DNA from: Fimbriimonadales bacterium | GTDB lineage: Bacteria > Armatimonadota > Fimbriimonadia > Fimbriimonadales > Fimbriimonadaceae | DNA length: 64,000 nucleotides | Direction of reading: 5' to 3' | NCBI GenBank assembly: GCA_026418055.1 | Contig: JAOACB010000006.1 | Location: 13,418 to 77,417, forward strand | Shown: positions 37,143-46,254 of the stretch, piece by piece | Layout of the letters: each line of letters opens with the position of its first letter | Numbering within the stretch: position 1 is the first letter of the stretch | The notes under the pieces: model-generated | The model's database searches: none | The model's input: the letters and a program-made list of their open reading frames with translations, nothing else | Told to the model about the DNA's origin: nothing | Position numbers and translations under genes: made by a program

Positions 37143-37903
37143 ACGGCCTCGCCGAGGTACGCCTCGATCACTTTCGGGTCGTTGCGCACGTGCTCCGGCG
37201 GCCCCTCGGAGATCTTCTCGCCATGGTCGAGCACGACGATCCTCTCGCACAGACCCATGACGAAGCGCATGTCATGCTCGATGAGCAGGAGCGTCTTGCC
37301 GAACTCGTCCCGCAGGCGCCGCACGGTGTCTGCGAGGTCCTCCTTCTCGGCCGGGTTCATGCCGGCCGCCGGCTCGTCGAGCAGCAGCAGCTTGGGTTGG
37401 GTGGCCAAGGCTCGGGCGATCTCGAGCCTGCGCTGCTTCCCGTACGGCAGGTCCCGGCTCTGAGCGTGCGCCACGTCCCCGAGATCCAAGGCGCGCAGGT
37501 AGCCCATGGCCTCCTCGCGAAGGCGCTCGGTGTCCGCCATCGAGCGGGGGTCTCCCAGCAACGCGTCGATCAGGTTGGCGCGGCGATGGAGGTGCGCGGC
37601 GACCACGACGTTGTCCAGCGCCGAGAGCGAGCCGAACAGCCGAATGTTCTGGAAGGTGCGGGCGATGCCCAAGCGGACGATGCGCGCCACGGGAAGGCCC
37701 GCGATGTCGCGGTCCTCGAAGAGGATGCGCCCGCTGGTCGGCTTGTACATGCCCGTGACAAGGTTGAAGCAGGTCGTCTTGCCGGCGCCGTTCGGACCGA
37801 TGAGACCGAACAGCTCGCCCTTGCGGATGTCGAACGACACCTCGTTCACCGCGACCAGTCCGCCGAAGCGGATCGTCGCCTTCTCCAGGCGGAGAAGACT
37901 CAT
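37139..37903 (-). CDS. livG: Branched-chain-type ABC transporter ATP-binding protein (LivG-like)
   Basis: Walker A GPNGAGKTT, signature LPYGKQRRLEIARAL, Walker B LLLLDEPAAG, LivG-type C-terminal tail PKVIEAYLG. ATGA overlap with livM. Confidence 0.85.
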   Translation of the reverse strand: MSLLRLEKATIRFGGLVAVNEVSFDIRKGELFGLIGPNGAGKTTCFNLVTGMYKPTSGRILFEDRDIAGLPVARIVRLGIARTFQNIRLFGSLSALDNVVVAAHLHRRANLIDALLGDPRSMADTERLREEAMGYLRALDLGDVAHAQSRDLPYGKQRRLEIARALATQPKLLLLDEPAAGMNPAEKEDLADTVRRLRDEFGKTLLLIEHDMRFVMGLCERIVVLDHGEKISEGPPEHVRNDPKVIEAYLGEAV

Positions 37904-39135
37904 CCCACGGCCTCCCTCGGCCGTCGGATCCGGAGCGCGCGGGCCAGCCAGTCCCAGCTGAACTCGTGCCTGCCGAGCACCCCCTCCGGCCGCAGAAGCA
38001 TGATGATGATCAGCGACGCCGCGAAGATCACCATCCTCAGCTTCTGCACCTCGTAGCTGGCGCCGGACAGAGCGGGGAAGAACGAGAACGCCCAGCCCAG
38101 AGCCCTGCCAACGAGCAGGGCCCCGAAGAAGGTCGCCGCGTAGCCCGCCAGCCGGGTCTTGCGGGGGCCCCGGTATTGGTACGCGATCCACCGCACCGCG
38201 ACCACGGCCGCGATCACGGCCAGGATCCAGCCCACGAGGGTCGCCCCGGTTACCGTGAGGGCCGTGCCGTCCGCGGCCTTCAGGCCCCGCAGGTACTCCG
38301 GCACGTAGAACAGCGTGAGAGCCGCGACCACGGAGCCGGTGATCGCGCCGCTGCCTCGCAGCACCACCATCGTCAGCACGATGAACGAGAGGTCCATCGG
38401 GAACATCGAAGGGCTGATGAACGACTCGGAGTGCGCGAGCAGCACGCCCGCGCCGCCCGCGAACGCCGAGCCGATCATGAAGGCAGCCACCTTCATCTTG
38501 GCGACCTGCACGCCCATCGCCGCGCTGGCGATTTCGTCTTCGCGGATGGACAGCAGCGCCAAGCCGTGCGAGCTCTTGCACAGGTTGCGCGAGACGGCGA
38601 TCGCCGCCAGCGCGAACAGCCAAACGAGCCCGACGATGCGGATCCGCGGCTCGACGCTCATGCCGAGCGCCCCGCCCACCTGCTCGCCGGCGGGCGTGGT
38701 GAGGTCGATCGCCTGCACCACGATGCGGATGATCTCCCCGAATCCCAGGGTGACGATCGCCAGGTAGTCGCCTCTCAGCCGCAGGCTGGGCAGGCCGACC
38801 ACCAGCCCTGCCAGAGCGGCGGTGGCCATGCCGAGCGCCAGCATCGCCAGAAGCCAGCCCACGCCTTGCAGGGGCGACTGAAGGTAGAAGAAGAACGCGA
38901 GGTATCCGGCGGTGTAGGCGCCGATCTGGTAGAACGCCGCGTGGCCGATGCTGAACTGCCCGGCGATGCCGTTGATGAGGTTCAGGCTGACCGCCAGCGT
39001 CACGTACAGCCCCGCCAGAACCACGAGCCTCTGCTCGCTGTCCCGCAGGAAGGCTCGGCAGAGCAGATCCAGTCCCCAGCAGCCCAGCAGGCCGAGGACG
39101 ATCGATGCGGCGCGGATCGGGACGGCCTTGTGCAT
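37900..39135 (-). CDS. livM: Branched-chain-type ABC transporter permease (LivM-like)
   Basis: LNLINGIAGQFSIGHAAFYQIGAY motif, multi-TM. ATG 39135 shares one nucleotide with the livH stop. Confidence 0.85.
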   Translation of the reverse strand: MHKAVPIRAASIVLGLLGCWGLDLLCRAFLRDSEQRLVVLAGLYVTLAVSLNLINGIAGQFSIGHAAFYQIGAYTAGYLAFFFYLQSPLQGVGWLLAMLALGMATAALAGLVVGLPSLRLRGDYLAIVTLGFGEIIRIVVQAIDLTTPAGEQVGGALGMSVEPRIRIVGLVWLFALAAIAVSRNLCKSSHGLALLSIREDEIASAAMGVQVAKMKVAAFMIGSAFAGGAGVLLAHSESFISPSMFPMDLSFIVLTMVVLRGSGAITGSVVAALTLFYVPEYLRGLKAADGTALTVTGATLVGWILAVIAAVVAVRWIAYQYRGPRKTRLAGYAATFFGALLVGRALGWAFSFFPALSGASYEVQKLRMVIFAASLIIIMLLRPEGVLGRHEFSWDWLARALRIRRPREAVG

Positions 39136-40319
39136 CAAACCTTCTCCACCGCGGAGGAACCCAACAGGCCGCCCGGTCGGAACAGCAGCACCACGATGAG
39201 CACCACGAACGCCACGGCGTCGGCGAACTGGCTGTAGCCGGCCCAGATCACCAGCGTCTCCGCCACGCCCATCAGGATGCCTCCCAGCACCGCCCCAGGG
39301 ATGTTGCCGATGCCGCCGAGCACGGCGGCCACGAACGCCTTGACGCCCGGCAGAACGCCGTAGTAGGGGCTGATCGACGTGCCGAGGAACGTGGCGGTCA
39401 TCATGGCGCCGGCGCCCGCCAGCGCGGAGCCGATCACGAACGTGATGGTGACGATCCGGTCGACGTTCACCCCCATCAGGGCCGCCGAGTCGAAGTCTTG
39501 CGAGACGGCGCGCATCGCTCGGCCGGTGGGGGTGAAGAGGACGAGCTGGCGGAGAAGGAACATGAGCGCCAGCGACGCGACGAGGATGGCCAGACGCCCC
39601 GCTCCCACCCGGACGGTCACCTGCGCGGTGTTTCTGCGGCTCTCCGCCTCTCGAAGCTGGCGCTCCGCCTCGAACTTGGCGTCGCGGAGCCGCTCGCCCT
39701 CCGGACTGAGGTTGAACCGGTCCTTCTCGAGCTTCAGGCGCTCCTGGAACGCGGCCTCGGACCTCTGGGCGAGCTGGCGTGCGTTCTCCACCGCCGTCGT
39801 CAGCTCTTGGGGGGCGCGCACCAGCGTGAGCTCCAGCGTCTGCCGATAGGGGTTGACCCGCTCGTTCATCGTCGGAGGCGGGTTCTGGGGCAGGAACAGC
39901 CCGCCGCCGTACTGCAGCAGCAGCGAGACGCCGATCGCCGTGATGAGCGACGAGATGCGCGCCTGGTTGCGCATCGGCCGGTAGGCGAAGCGCTCGATGA
40001 CGACGCCGACCCCGGCGCACACCGCCATGCTCGCGAGCATCATGACCAGCAGGGTGAGCAGCGTCGACTCCGGCAGCTGGTCGGGCGGCACGTCGGGCCG
40101 GAACCCGTAGGCCCAGGAGACGAACAGGGCGGTGTACGCGCCCAGCATGTACACCTCGCCGTGGGCGAAGTTGATCAGCCGGAGCACGCCGTACACCATG
40201 GTGTATCCAAGGGCGATCAGCGCGTAGATCGCCCCGTTCAGAACACCGTTCACCACCTGGGACGGCAGCGTCCCGAAGTCCAGCGAGGCCAGCAGGCTCA
40301 AACCGGCGGCGTGCGCCAT
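39135..40319 (-). CDS. livH: Branched-chain-type ABC transporter permease (LivH-like) carrying a ~85-aa charged insertion
   Basis: NGAIYALIALGYTMVYGVLRLINFAHGE N-terminus. The insertion is about aa 150-235, rich in E/R/K/Q. Confidence 0.85.
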   Translation of the reverse strand: MAHAAGLSLLASLDFGTLPSQVVNGVLNGAIYALIALGYTMVYGVLRLINFAHGEVYMLGAYTALFVSWAYGFRPDVPPDQLPESTLLTLLVMMLASMAVCAGVGVVIERFAYRPMRNQARISSLITAIGVSLLLQYGGGLFLPQNPPPTMNERVNPYRQTLELTLVRAPQELTTAVENARQLAQRSEAAFQERLKLEKDRFNLSPEGERLRDAKFEAERQLREAESRRNTAQVTVRVGAGRLAILVASLALMFLLRQLVLFTPTGRAMRAVSQDFDSAALMGVNVDRIVTITFVIGSALAGAGAMMTATFLGTSISPYYGVLPGVKAFVAAVLGGIGNIPGAVLGGILMGVAETLVIWAGYSQFADAVAFVVLIVVLLFRPGGLLGSSAVEKV

Positions 40320-40323
40320 CGGG

Positions 40324-41586
40324 TCACTTGCCGATGTCCTTGGGATCGATCGCCTTGCGCATCACGAACCCCTCGGGCAACGGGCGAACCTCGACGACCA
40401 GAGCGCGCTTGATCGGGTTGCCGTTGGTGCCCTTGAGGGTGATGTCTCCGGACACCGCGGGGAAGTTCTCCGTGGCCTCGATCGCCTCGGTCAGGCTCTT
40501 CGAGTCGAAGCTCTTGCTGCGCTTGAGGGCGTCCAGCATCACGGCCATGGCGTCGTAGCCCAGAGCGGCCATGGTGGTGCCGGGGATTCCACCCACCTTC
40601 TCCCTCCACCGCTTAAGGAAGTGCTGCACCTGCGGGCGGGTGTCCTTGTTGTTGTAGTGGTTGCAGAAGACCCCGCCGACGACCGCCTCGCCGCCGCTGT
40701 TCAGGATCTCCTTGCTGTCCCAGCCGTCGCCGCCGAGCGGGACCACGTTGAGGCCGGCGGCCTTGGCCGACTTCACGATCGGCCCCACCTCGGGAAAGTA
40801 TCCGCTGAGGAACAGCCCGTCGGGGTTCTTCGCCTTCAGGTTGGTCAGCTGGCCGGTGAAGGTGGTCTGCTTGGTCTCGTAGAACTCCTCTCCGACGATC
40901 TTGCCTCCCAGCTGCTCGAAGTGCTTGCGGAAGGAGTTGCTGAGGCCGACGGAGTACGCCTGCTTGCGGTCGGTCATCAGCGCGACGTTGCGCAGGCCGA
41001 GATCCTTGTAAGCGAACTCCGCCATCACTTGGCCTTGGAACGTGTCGATGTAGCAGACCCGGAAGATGTTGGCGCCCTGCTTGGTGACGTCGTCGTTGGT
41101 GGCGCCGATCGAGATCACCGGCACGCCCTTCTCGAACGCCGACTTGGCGATCTGGATGGTGCTGCTGCTGGTGACGTCGCCGATGATGCCGAGCACGCCG
41201 TCGGAGATGAGCTTCTCGGCGGCGGACTTCGCCTGCTCGGTGTTCGAGCCGCTGTCGCCAATGAGCAGCTCGATCTTCTTGCCGGCGATGCCGCCTTGCC
41301 GGTTGAAGTCCTCCAGCGCGATCTGGGCGCCGTTGAGCGCGTCGTCTCCCCATGGCTTCTGATCGCCGTTGATGGGAACGACGATGCCGATCTTCAGGGT
41401 GTCACCCTCGGCCTTGTTGCCGGCGGCCGTCGGTTGCGGCCTGTTGGCGGAACCGCCCTCGGCGGGCGGGGCCGATTCGGACGGTTGCGACGTCTGTTCT
41501 GGCTTCGGGCCTCCGCAACCCGCAGCGACGAGGCCGGCGAGGGCGGCCGCCCAAAGCACGGTCGAAATCGGTTTCCGCTTCAGCAC
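40324..41586 (-). CDS. livK: ABC transporter substrate-binding lipoprotein (LivK/PBP1 type)
   Basis: Signal plus lipobox LVAAGCGG. LKIGIVVPINGD...ALNGAQIA...GVLGIIGD pattern. GTG 41586 with GAGGAGG SD 8 nt upstream. Confidence 0.85.
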   Translation of the reverse strand: MLKRKPISTVLWAAALAGLVAAGCGGPKPEQTSQPSESAPPAEGGSANRPQPTAAGNKAEGDTLKIGIVVPINGDQKPWGDDALNGAQIALEDFNRQGGIAGKKIELLIGDSGSNTEQAKSAAEKLISDGVLGIIGDVTSSSTIQIAKSAFEKGVPVISIGATNDDVTKQGANIFRVCYIDTFQGQVMAEFAYKDLGLRNVALMTDRKQAYSVGLSNSFRKHFEQLGGKIVGEEFYETKQTTFTGQLTNLKAKNPDGLFLSGYFPEVGPIVKSAKAAGLNVVPLGGDGWDSKEILNSGGEAVVGGVFCNHYNNKDTRPQVQHFLKRWREKVGGIPGTTMAALGYDAMAVMLDALKRSKSFDSKSLTEAIEATENFPAVSGDITLKGTNGNPIKRALVVEVRPLPEGFVMRKAIDPKDIGK

Positions 41587-41710
41587 GCTTGCACACCTCC
41601 TCAAGCCGATCCGAAGCCATGCGCCCCGGAAGGCACGATTATACTGAATCGAACCTGGACGTGGGACCAGGGCGGTGGTAGACTCGGCCGACGGCGGCGA
41701 GGAGGGGGAG

Positions 41711-42553
41711 ATGTCTGGATTCGACGCGAACAGCCTCTTGCGCGAGGCGACGGAGCGGTTGCAGAGCAACGACTTCCACGGAGCCTTGGAGAGGGTGGAT
41801 TCCGCCCTGGCGCTCGACAGGGGTCTGGCCGAAGGGTGGATGCTGCGCGGCGTGGCCCTCAGTGGCCTGGGGCGCAAGGGAGAGGCGAGCGAGGCTTTCC
41901 AGCAGGCTCTGAGCCTCGAGCCGCTGTCCGTGAAGATCCGCTACAACTTCGCAGTGCACCTCCACAGGGCTGGCGAGCTCGACGGCGCAGCGAGGCTGCT
42001 GGAGGAGATCCTGCAGGCGGAGCCCGGCCACGAGCAGGCGAAGGCGCTGCTGGCCACCGTGCGCGCCGCCGCGAGCGCCGCAGGCCAGAGCGGCTTCGGC
42101 TACGCGCCCCCGCCGCCGCAGACCCCCTATCGCATGGCGCCGCCGCCCGACGAGCCCGCGCCCCGGGCGCACGCCGTCCGCTTCGTCGAGAACATGGGGC
42201 CCGCGTGGACGGCGCTCGGCGTGGCCCTGATGCTGCTGAGCCTGGCCGTGTTCGTTTACGTGCTCGTGGCGTTCGGCCCTAGGATGATGGAGCAGCTCCA
42301 GTTGGCGATGCGCGACCCAGAGGCGTTCCGCAAGGCCCAGGAGGCTGGACAGGTGCAGCAGGCCGGGGGCTTGGGGCTGACGCTGTTCAGCTGGGCGGTC
42401 CGTCTGGGCCTGTTCGGATGGATGGCGGTGGACATCGCGGACCGCAGAGGCTCTTGGCTGTGGTTCGCACCCGTGGTGCTTCTGTGTTGCTGCGGCCTCG
42501 AGGGTTTGGCGGCGTTGCTCTACCTCGGCCTCGGCAGAAGGAAGCTCGGCTGA
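41711..42553 (+). CDS. TPR-repeat protein with Pro-rich linker and C-terminal 3-TM region
   Basis: TPR-like helices (GWMLRGVALSGLGRKGEASEAFQQALSLEP). Hydrophobic segments near the C-terminus. GGAGG SD before ATG 41711. Confidence 0.6.
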   Translation: MSGFDANSLLREATERLQSNDFHGALERVDSALALDRGLAEGWMLRGVALSGLGRKGEASEAFQQALSLEPLSVKIRYNFAVHLHRAGELDGAARLLEEILQAEPGHEQAKALLATVRAAASAAGQSGFGYAPPPPQTPYRMAPPPDEPAPRAHAVRFVENMGPAWTALGVALMLLSLAVFVYVLVAFGPRMMEQLQLAMRDPEAFRKAQEAGQVQQAGGLGLTLFSWAVRLGLFGWMAVDIADRRGSWLWFAPVVLLCCCGLEGLAALLYLGLGRRKLG

Positions 42554-42584
42554 AACCCGAGGCCTGCACGGGCGTACTGGAAGC

Positions 42585-43754
42585 TTGATGGCTCTCCTCA
42601 GCGTTCTGGCGTGTGCCGCCGCCCTGCAGGCACCCACCGAGGTGCCGTTCCGCGTCGCCGAGGATGCGATCATCGTGGACGCCCAGGTCAACGGCAGAAA
42701 GGTGTCGCTCATGTTCGATACCGGCTTCGGTGGAACGGTGAGCGTGGACTCGGTCGTCAACATCGGAAGGCCAACCGGTTCGGTGAACCTGAAGGACTTC
42801 GTCGGCGTCTTCCAGGCGCAGACCGTGAGGATCGACTCGCTGCGGCTGGGCTCCTTCGCCATGCCGGCCCAAGGCCTCGAGGCCGTGCTGGCCCCCGGCG
42901 AGCGGTACTCGTCGTTCAGCTACAACACGCACGTGGACGGCATCCTGGGCTTGGAGGCCTTCAAGCGCACGCCGTTCGAGATCAACTTCCAGAACCGCCG
43001 GTTCGTCTTCTATCCCTCGTCGTTCGATGTGACGCAAAGGAAGCCCGACGGCAAGCGCACGTTCCTGCTCAGGATGTTGCCGATCGGACACTCGTCGATC
43101 GAGCTGCCGGTCGAGATGCCGAACGGGCAGAAGCTGGTGATGGCCCTGGACACCGGGAACCAGTTCTACGCCACGACGCACCGCGACGTGCTGGAGCGAG
43201 TGGGGCAGTGGCCCGTCGGTCGGAAGCCGAAGTTCCTGCGCACGGTCGGGGTGGCCTCGGGCCCCGTCGACAGCTGGGTGAAGCGCATGACGGACGTGCG
43301 CATCTTCGGCGTGCCGGTCCCCGTGAGCTATTGGGACGTGATCGACCTTCCGGCCAGCTCGGCGGAGTCGGACGGGACCGTCGGGTTCCGGTTCCTCAAG
43401 AACTTCAACATCCTCGTAGACTACGAGCGGCGGAGGGTGTGGTTGGAGAACTTCACGGGCCAAGTGGCCGACGAGCCGGTGGCGGACGTGGGAATCGTGC
43501 TGCGACCGGACCCCTCGGCCAATCGGCTCCGCGTGGCGCGGGTGCTGGCAGGCAGCCCGGCCGATCGCGCAGGCGTGAAGGAGAACGACCAGCTGCTGGC
43601 GATCGACGGCAGGTCGCTGTTCGCCAACCTAGGCTTCCGCCAGCTGCGGAGCCTCACACAGGGCCCAGCAGGCTCCACGGTGAGGCTGGCGTTCAGCCGC
43701 AACGGACAGCTGATCCAGCTGAGCCTCCAGCGCGAGCCCCTCTTCAACGAGTAG
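42585..43754 (+). CDS. Secreted tandem retropepsin-like aspartyl protease with C-terminal PDZ domain
   Basis: Signal peptide. Two D-T-G motifs (MFDTGFGG, ALDTGNQF). PDZ-like VARVLAGSPADRAGVKENDQLLAIDG. Confidence 0.65.
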   Translation: MMALLSVLACAAALQAPTEVPFRVAEDAIIVDAQVNGRKVSLMFDTGFGGTVSVDSVVNIGRPTGSVNLKDFVGVFQAQTVRIDSLRLGSFAMPAQGLEAVLAPGERYSSFSYNTHVDGILGLEAFKRTPFEINFQNRRFVFYPSSFDVTQRKPDGKRTFLLRMLPIGHSSIELPVEMPNGQKLVMALDTGNQFYATTHRDVLERVGQWPVGRKPKFLRTVGVASGPVDSWVKRMTDVRIFGVPVPVSYWDVIDLPASSAESDGTVGFRFLKNFNILVDYERRRVWLENFTGQVADEPVADVGIVLRPDPSANRLRVARVLAGSPADRAGVKENDQLLAIDGRSLFANLGFRQLRSLTQGPAGSTVRLAFSRNGQLIQLSLQREPLFNE

Positions 43755-43759
43755 CGGGA

Positions 43760-44398
43760 TCAGACCAGCCACTCGGCGATCGCCGCGTCGAGCGCCTGCT
43801 CCGTGAGGCGCCCCGTGAAGGTGTTCTGCTGGCTGGGGTGGTAGCTGGCGACGACCTTCGCTCCTCCCGTTCGATGGACCCTCAGGTGGGAGAAAGGCGG
43901 GAGGGGCTTCGCCCCCAGCAGGCGCAGCGTCTCGCGCCAGGCCACCGAGCCTAGGCACAGGATCGCCCTCCACTCGCGGCTCTCCAGCACCTCCCTCAGG
44001 AAAGGGCGGCACTCCGCGATCTCGTCGTTGGTGGGCTTGTTGTCGGGAGGCGCGCAGTGGCACACGGCGGTGATCAGCGCTCCCCGCAGGGTCAGTCCGT
44101 CGTTGGCGAACCGCGACTCCGGCTGGCTCGCGACTCCCGCGCGGTGCAGGGCCCGGTAGAGCCAGTCGCCGCTGCGGTCGCCGGTGAACATCCGGCCGGT
44201 GCGGTTCGCCCCGTGGGCCGCGGGAGCGAGACCCACGATCAGCCGTTCCGCCGCTGGGTCGCCGAAGTTGGGCACCGGCAACCCCCAGTAGGTTTGGTCG
44301 CGGAAGGAGGCGCGCTTCTCCCTCGCCACGGCCTCGCACCAGGCTCGCAGGCGAGGGCAGCGCCGGCAGGCGACGATCCGATCGTTCAGGCTCTCCAT
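43760..44398 (-). CDS. Uracil-DNA glycosylase, family 5 (UdgB-like) with Fe-S cysteines
   Basis: CRRCPRL...C, GLAPAAHGANRTGRMFTGD (family 5 motif A), HPSQQN. Start ATG 44398; the ORF call opens at TTG 44419. Confidence 0.8.
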   Translation of the reverse strand: MESLNDRIVACRRCPRLRAWCEAVAREKRASFRDQTYWGLPVPNFGDPAAERLIVGLAPAAHGANRTGRMFTGDRSGDWLYRALHRAGVASQPESRFANDGLTLRGALITAVCHCAPPDNKPTNDEIAECRPFLREVLESREWRAILCLGSVAWRETLRLLGAKPLPPFSHLRVHRTGGAKVVASYHPSQQNTFTGRLTEQALDAAIAEWLV

Positions 44399-44414
44399 GC
44401 GTCGGGGCACAGGA

Positions 44415-44420
44415 TACAAT
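44415..44420 (+). promoter_or_regulatory. -10-like TACAAT 6 nt upstream of the FmdB GTG
   Basis: Read directly. The 28-bp divergent spacer also carries TATCCT on the minus strand (44411-44416). Confidence 0.4.
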
Positions 44421-44426
44421 CGATTC

Positions 44427-44762
44427 GTGCCGATCTACGAGTACGAGCCCGTCGGGCGAGACTGTCTGATCTGCAACAACCGCCTGGAGATTCTCCAGAA
44501 GGTCTCCGAAGAGCCGCTCTCCGTCTGCCCGTACTGCGGCATGGACATCCGCCGCGTGGTGAGCCGGCCCCAGTTCCAGATGAGAGTGCCGACGGATCCG
44601 GACCGTGCGGCGAAGCGCGGCTTCGTCACCTACAGAAAGTCGGACGAGGGAACGTGGGAGCTCGCGGCCGGAGAGGGACCGAGGGAGATCCGCCGAAGGC
44701 CGGGGAGAAAGGCCGAGGACGACGCTCCGGACGAGCCTGGGGAGCTGCGGGTTAGGGAATAG
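44427..44762 (+). CDS. FmdB-family zinc-ribbon putative regulatory protein
   Basis: PIYEYEPVGRDCLICNN...CPYCG is the CxxC...CxxC signature. Confidence 0.75.
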   Translation: MPIYEYEPVGRDCLICNNRLEILQKVSEEPLSVCPYCGMDIRRVVSRPQFQMRVPTDPDRAAKRGFVTYRKSDEGTWELAAGEGPREIRRRPGRKAEDDAPDEPGELRVRE

Positions 44763-45477
44763 CCTCCTCCAGCCCCGTCGTCTCCTCCCAGCCGAACATC
44801 ACGTTGAGCGACTGCACCAGCTGCGCGCCCCCGAGCTTGCCCCTGCGGTCCGCGGCCACGACCACGCGGAGCATCGGCTCGCTCGAGGGGGAGAGCTCGA
44901 TCCAGTATTCCGCGCGAGGCGTTCCGGCCAAGCGATGCGGCAGCGCCTCGCACGGCGAGACGCGCCGCACGAAGAACGATCGGCCGAAAGCCTCCTCGTA
45001 GGCCTCGGCCACCTCGGAAGGCTCGCAATCGCCGGCGAGGGGAAGGAACGCCTCGAGGGTCGCCACGTTCTCGACGCTCGCCTTGCGCCACTCGATCTCC
45101 GTGCCCCGGGTCCAACCGATCACGGCCAAGGCGTCGGCAAGGCGCTCGGCGGGCAACCCGCCGAACCGGAGCAGCACGGCGGAGTCGGACTCGTCCCGCT
45201 GCAGCAGGCCTGCCTTGGCCGCGGGGCCCAGCGCGATCCAAGCCAGGGTCGCCGCAGGCTCGGGCACGACCACTCGGGCGGCGCAGACGATCGGGTTGTT
45301 GTCGACGAGTTCGGGAAGGCCGTACAGGCCTTCGCCGGGACCACCGGAGACAACGCTGCGGGAGCCGACCCTGAGCTCGGGGAACGGCAGAGAGCCCGCG
45401 ATCCTCAGCCTCGGATGCCGGCGGACCCAGTCTTCCAGGCCCGGCACGGGCCCGCAGAGGGCCTCCAGCGTCGTCAA
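44752..45477 (-). CDS. 241-aa hypothetical cytoplasmic protein
   Basis: Long ORF with high third-position GC. ATGA overlap with the upstream lipoprotein gene. No motif I recognise. Confidence 0.5.
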   Translation of the reverse strand: MTTLEALCGPVPGLEDWVRRHPRLRIAGSLPFPELRVGSRSVVSGGPGEGLYGLPELVDNNPIVCAARVVVPEPAATLAWIALGPAAKAGLLQRDESDSAVLLRFGGLPAERLADALAVIGWTRGTEIEWRKASVENVATLEAFLPLAGDCEPSEVAEAYEEAFGRSFFVRRVSPCEALPHRLAGTPRAEYWIELSPSSEPMLRVVVAADRRGKLGGAQLVQSLNVMFGWEETTGLEEAIP

Positions 45478-46166
45478 TTCTTCCGGCGGATGGTGGTCTT
45501 GTTGGACACCTTCATCGGCTGGGAGCCTTGGCCGCCCTGCTGCTGGATGGTGATCGTCTGGTTCATGGTCGCCGACACGAGCGAGCCGTCCGCGAAATCC
45601 AGCAGCATCGTGCCGTTCCCGCTCGAGCTGATGTTGCCTTTAGCGGAGATCTGCACGGACACCTCGGCCAGTTGCTTGCCACCCTGCCGAACGATGCGGT
45701 TCAGCTTGTAGGTGTTGGTCACCTGCATCGGCACACCCATCGAAGCGATGTTCGACGTCGAGGTCCACGTCTGGCCGATGCGGATGGGGCGATCTGGAAG
45801 GACCATCTGCGTCTGCTGGGCCGCACCAGGGTTCCCGCCCAGAACCTTGCCCCGCGAGTCCATCCTCATGTCGACGGTGTTGACCCCGCCCGTTTGCCGA
45901 CCGTTCATCGTCATGGGGCCGACCGAGTACTTGATGTCGGCGACGCCGTTCCTCACGTTGCTCACCTTCATCGAGAAAGTGGTGTTGAGCACCATGGGCT
46001 GTTGCTGCCCAGGGGCGGAGGTGGTCGACTCCATGGCGTACGTCATGGTCTGCCCCTTCACGAACTTGAGACGCATCTGATAGGCGTCTCCCACCTTGGT
46101 GATCTGCGCGCTGGAGGCGCAGGCGAGCAGGATCGCGGCGAGGGCGAACGGGCTTCTTCTGATCAT
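45474..46166 (-). CDS. Met/Gln/Thr/Asn-rich putative lipoprotein, predicted all-beta
   Basis: Signal plus lipobox-like AILLAC. 15 Met and no His in the ~210-aa mature part (my count). Locally lower GC than the neighbouring genes. Confidence 0.55.
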   Translation of the reverse strand: MIRRSPFALAAILLACASSAQITKVGDAYQMRLKFVKGQTMTYAMESTTSAPGQQQPMVLNTTFSMKVSNVRNGVADIKYSVGPMTMNGRQTGGVNTVDMRMDSRGKVLGGNPGAAQQTQMVLPDRPIRIGQTWTSTSNIASMGVPMQVTNTYKLNRIVRQGGKQLAEVSVQISAKGNISSSGNGTMLLDFADGSLVSATMNQTITIQQQGGQGSQPMKVSNKTTIRRKN

Positions 46167-46254
46167 GGGTCCTCTCTGCAAAGTTCGTACGGACGGGATG
46201 CCGCCGCGTCCGCCGACCGATCATGGCACGTTGGACCGGCGGAGCGCGACGACC

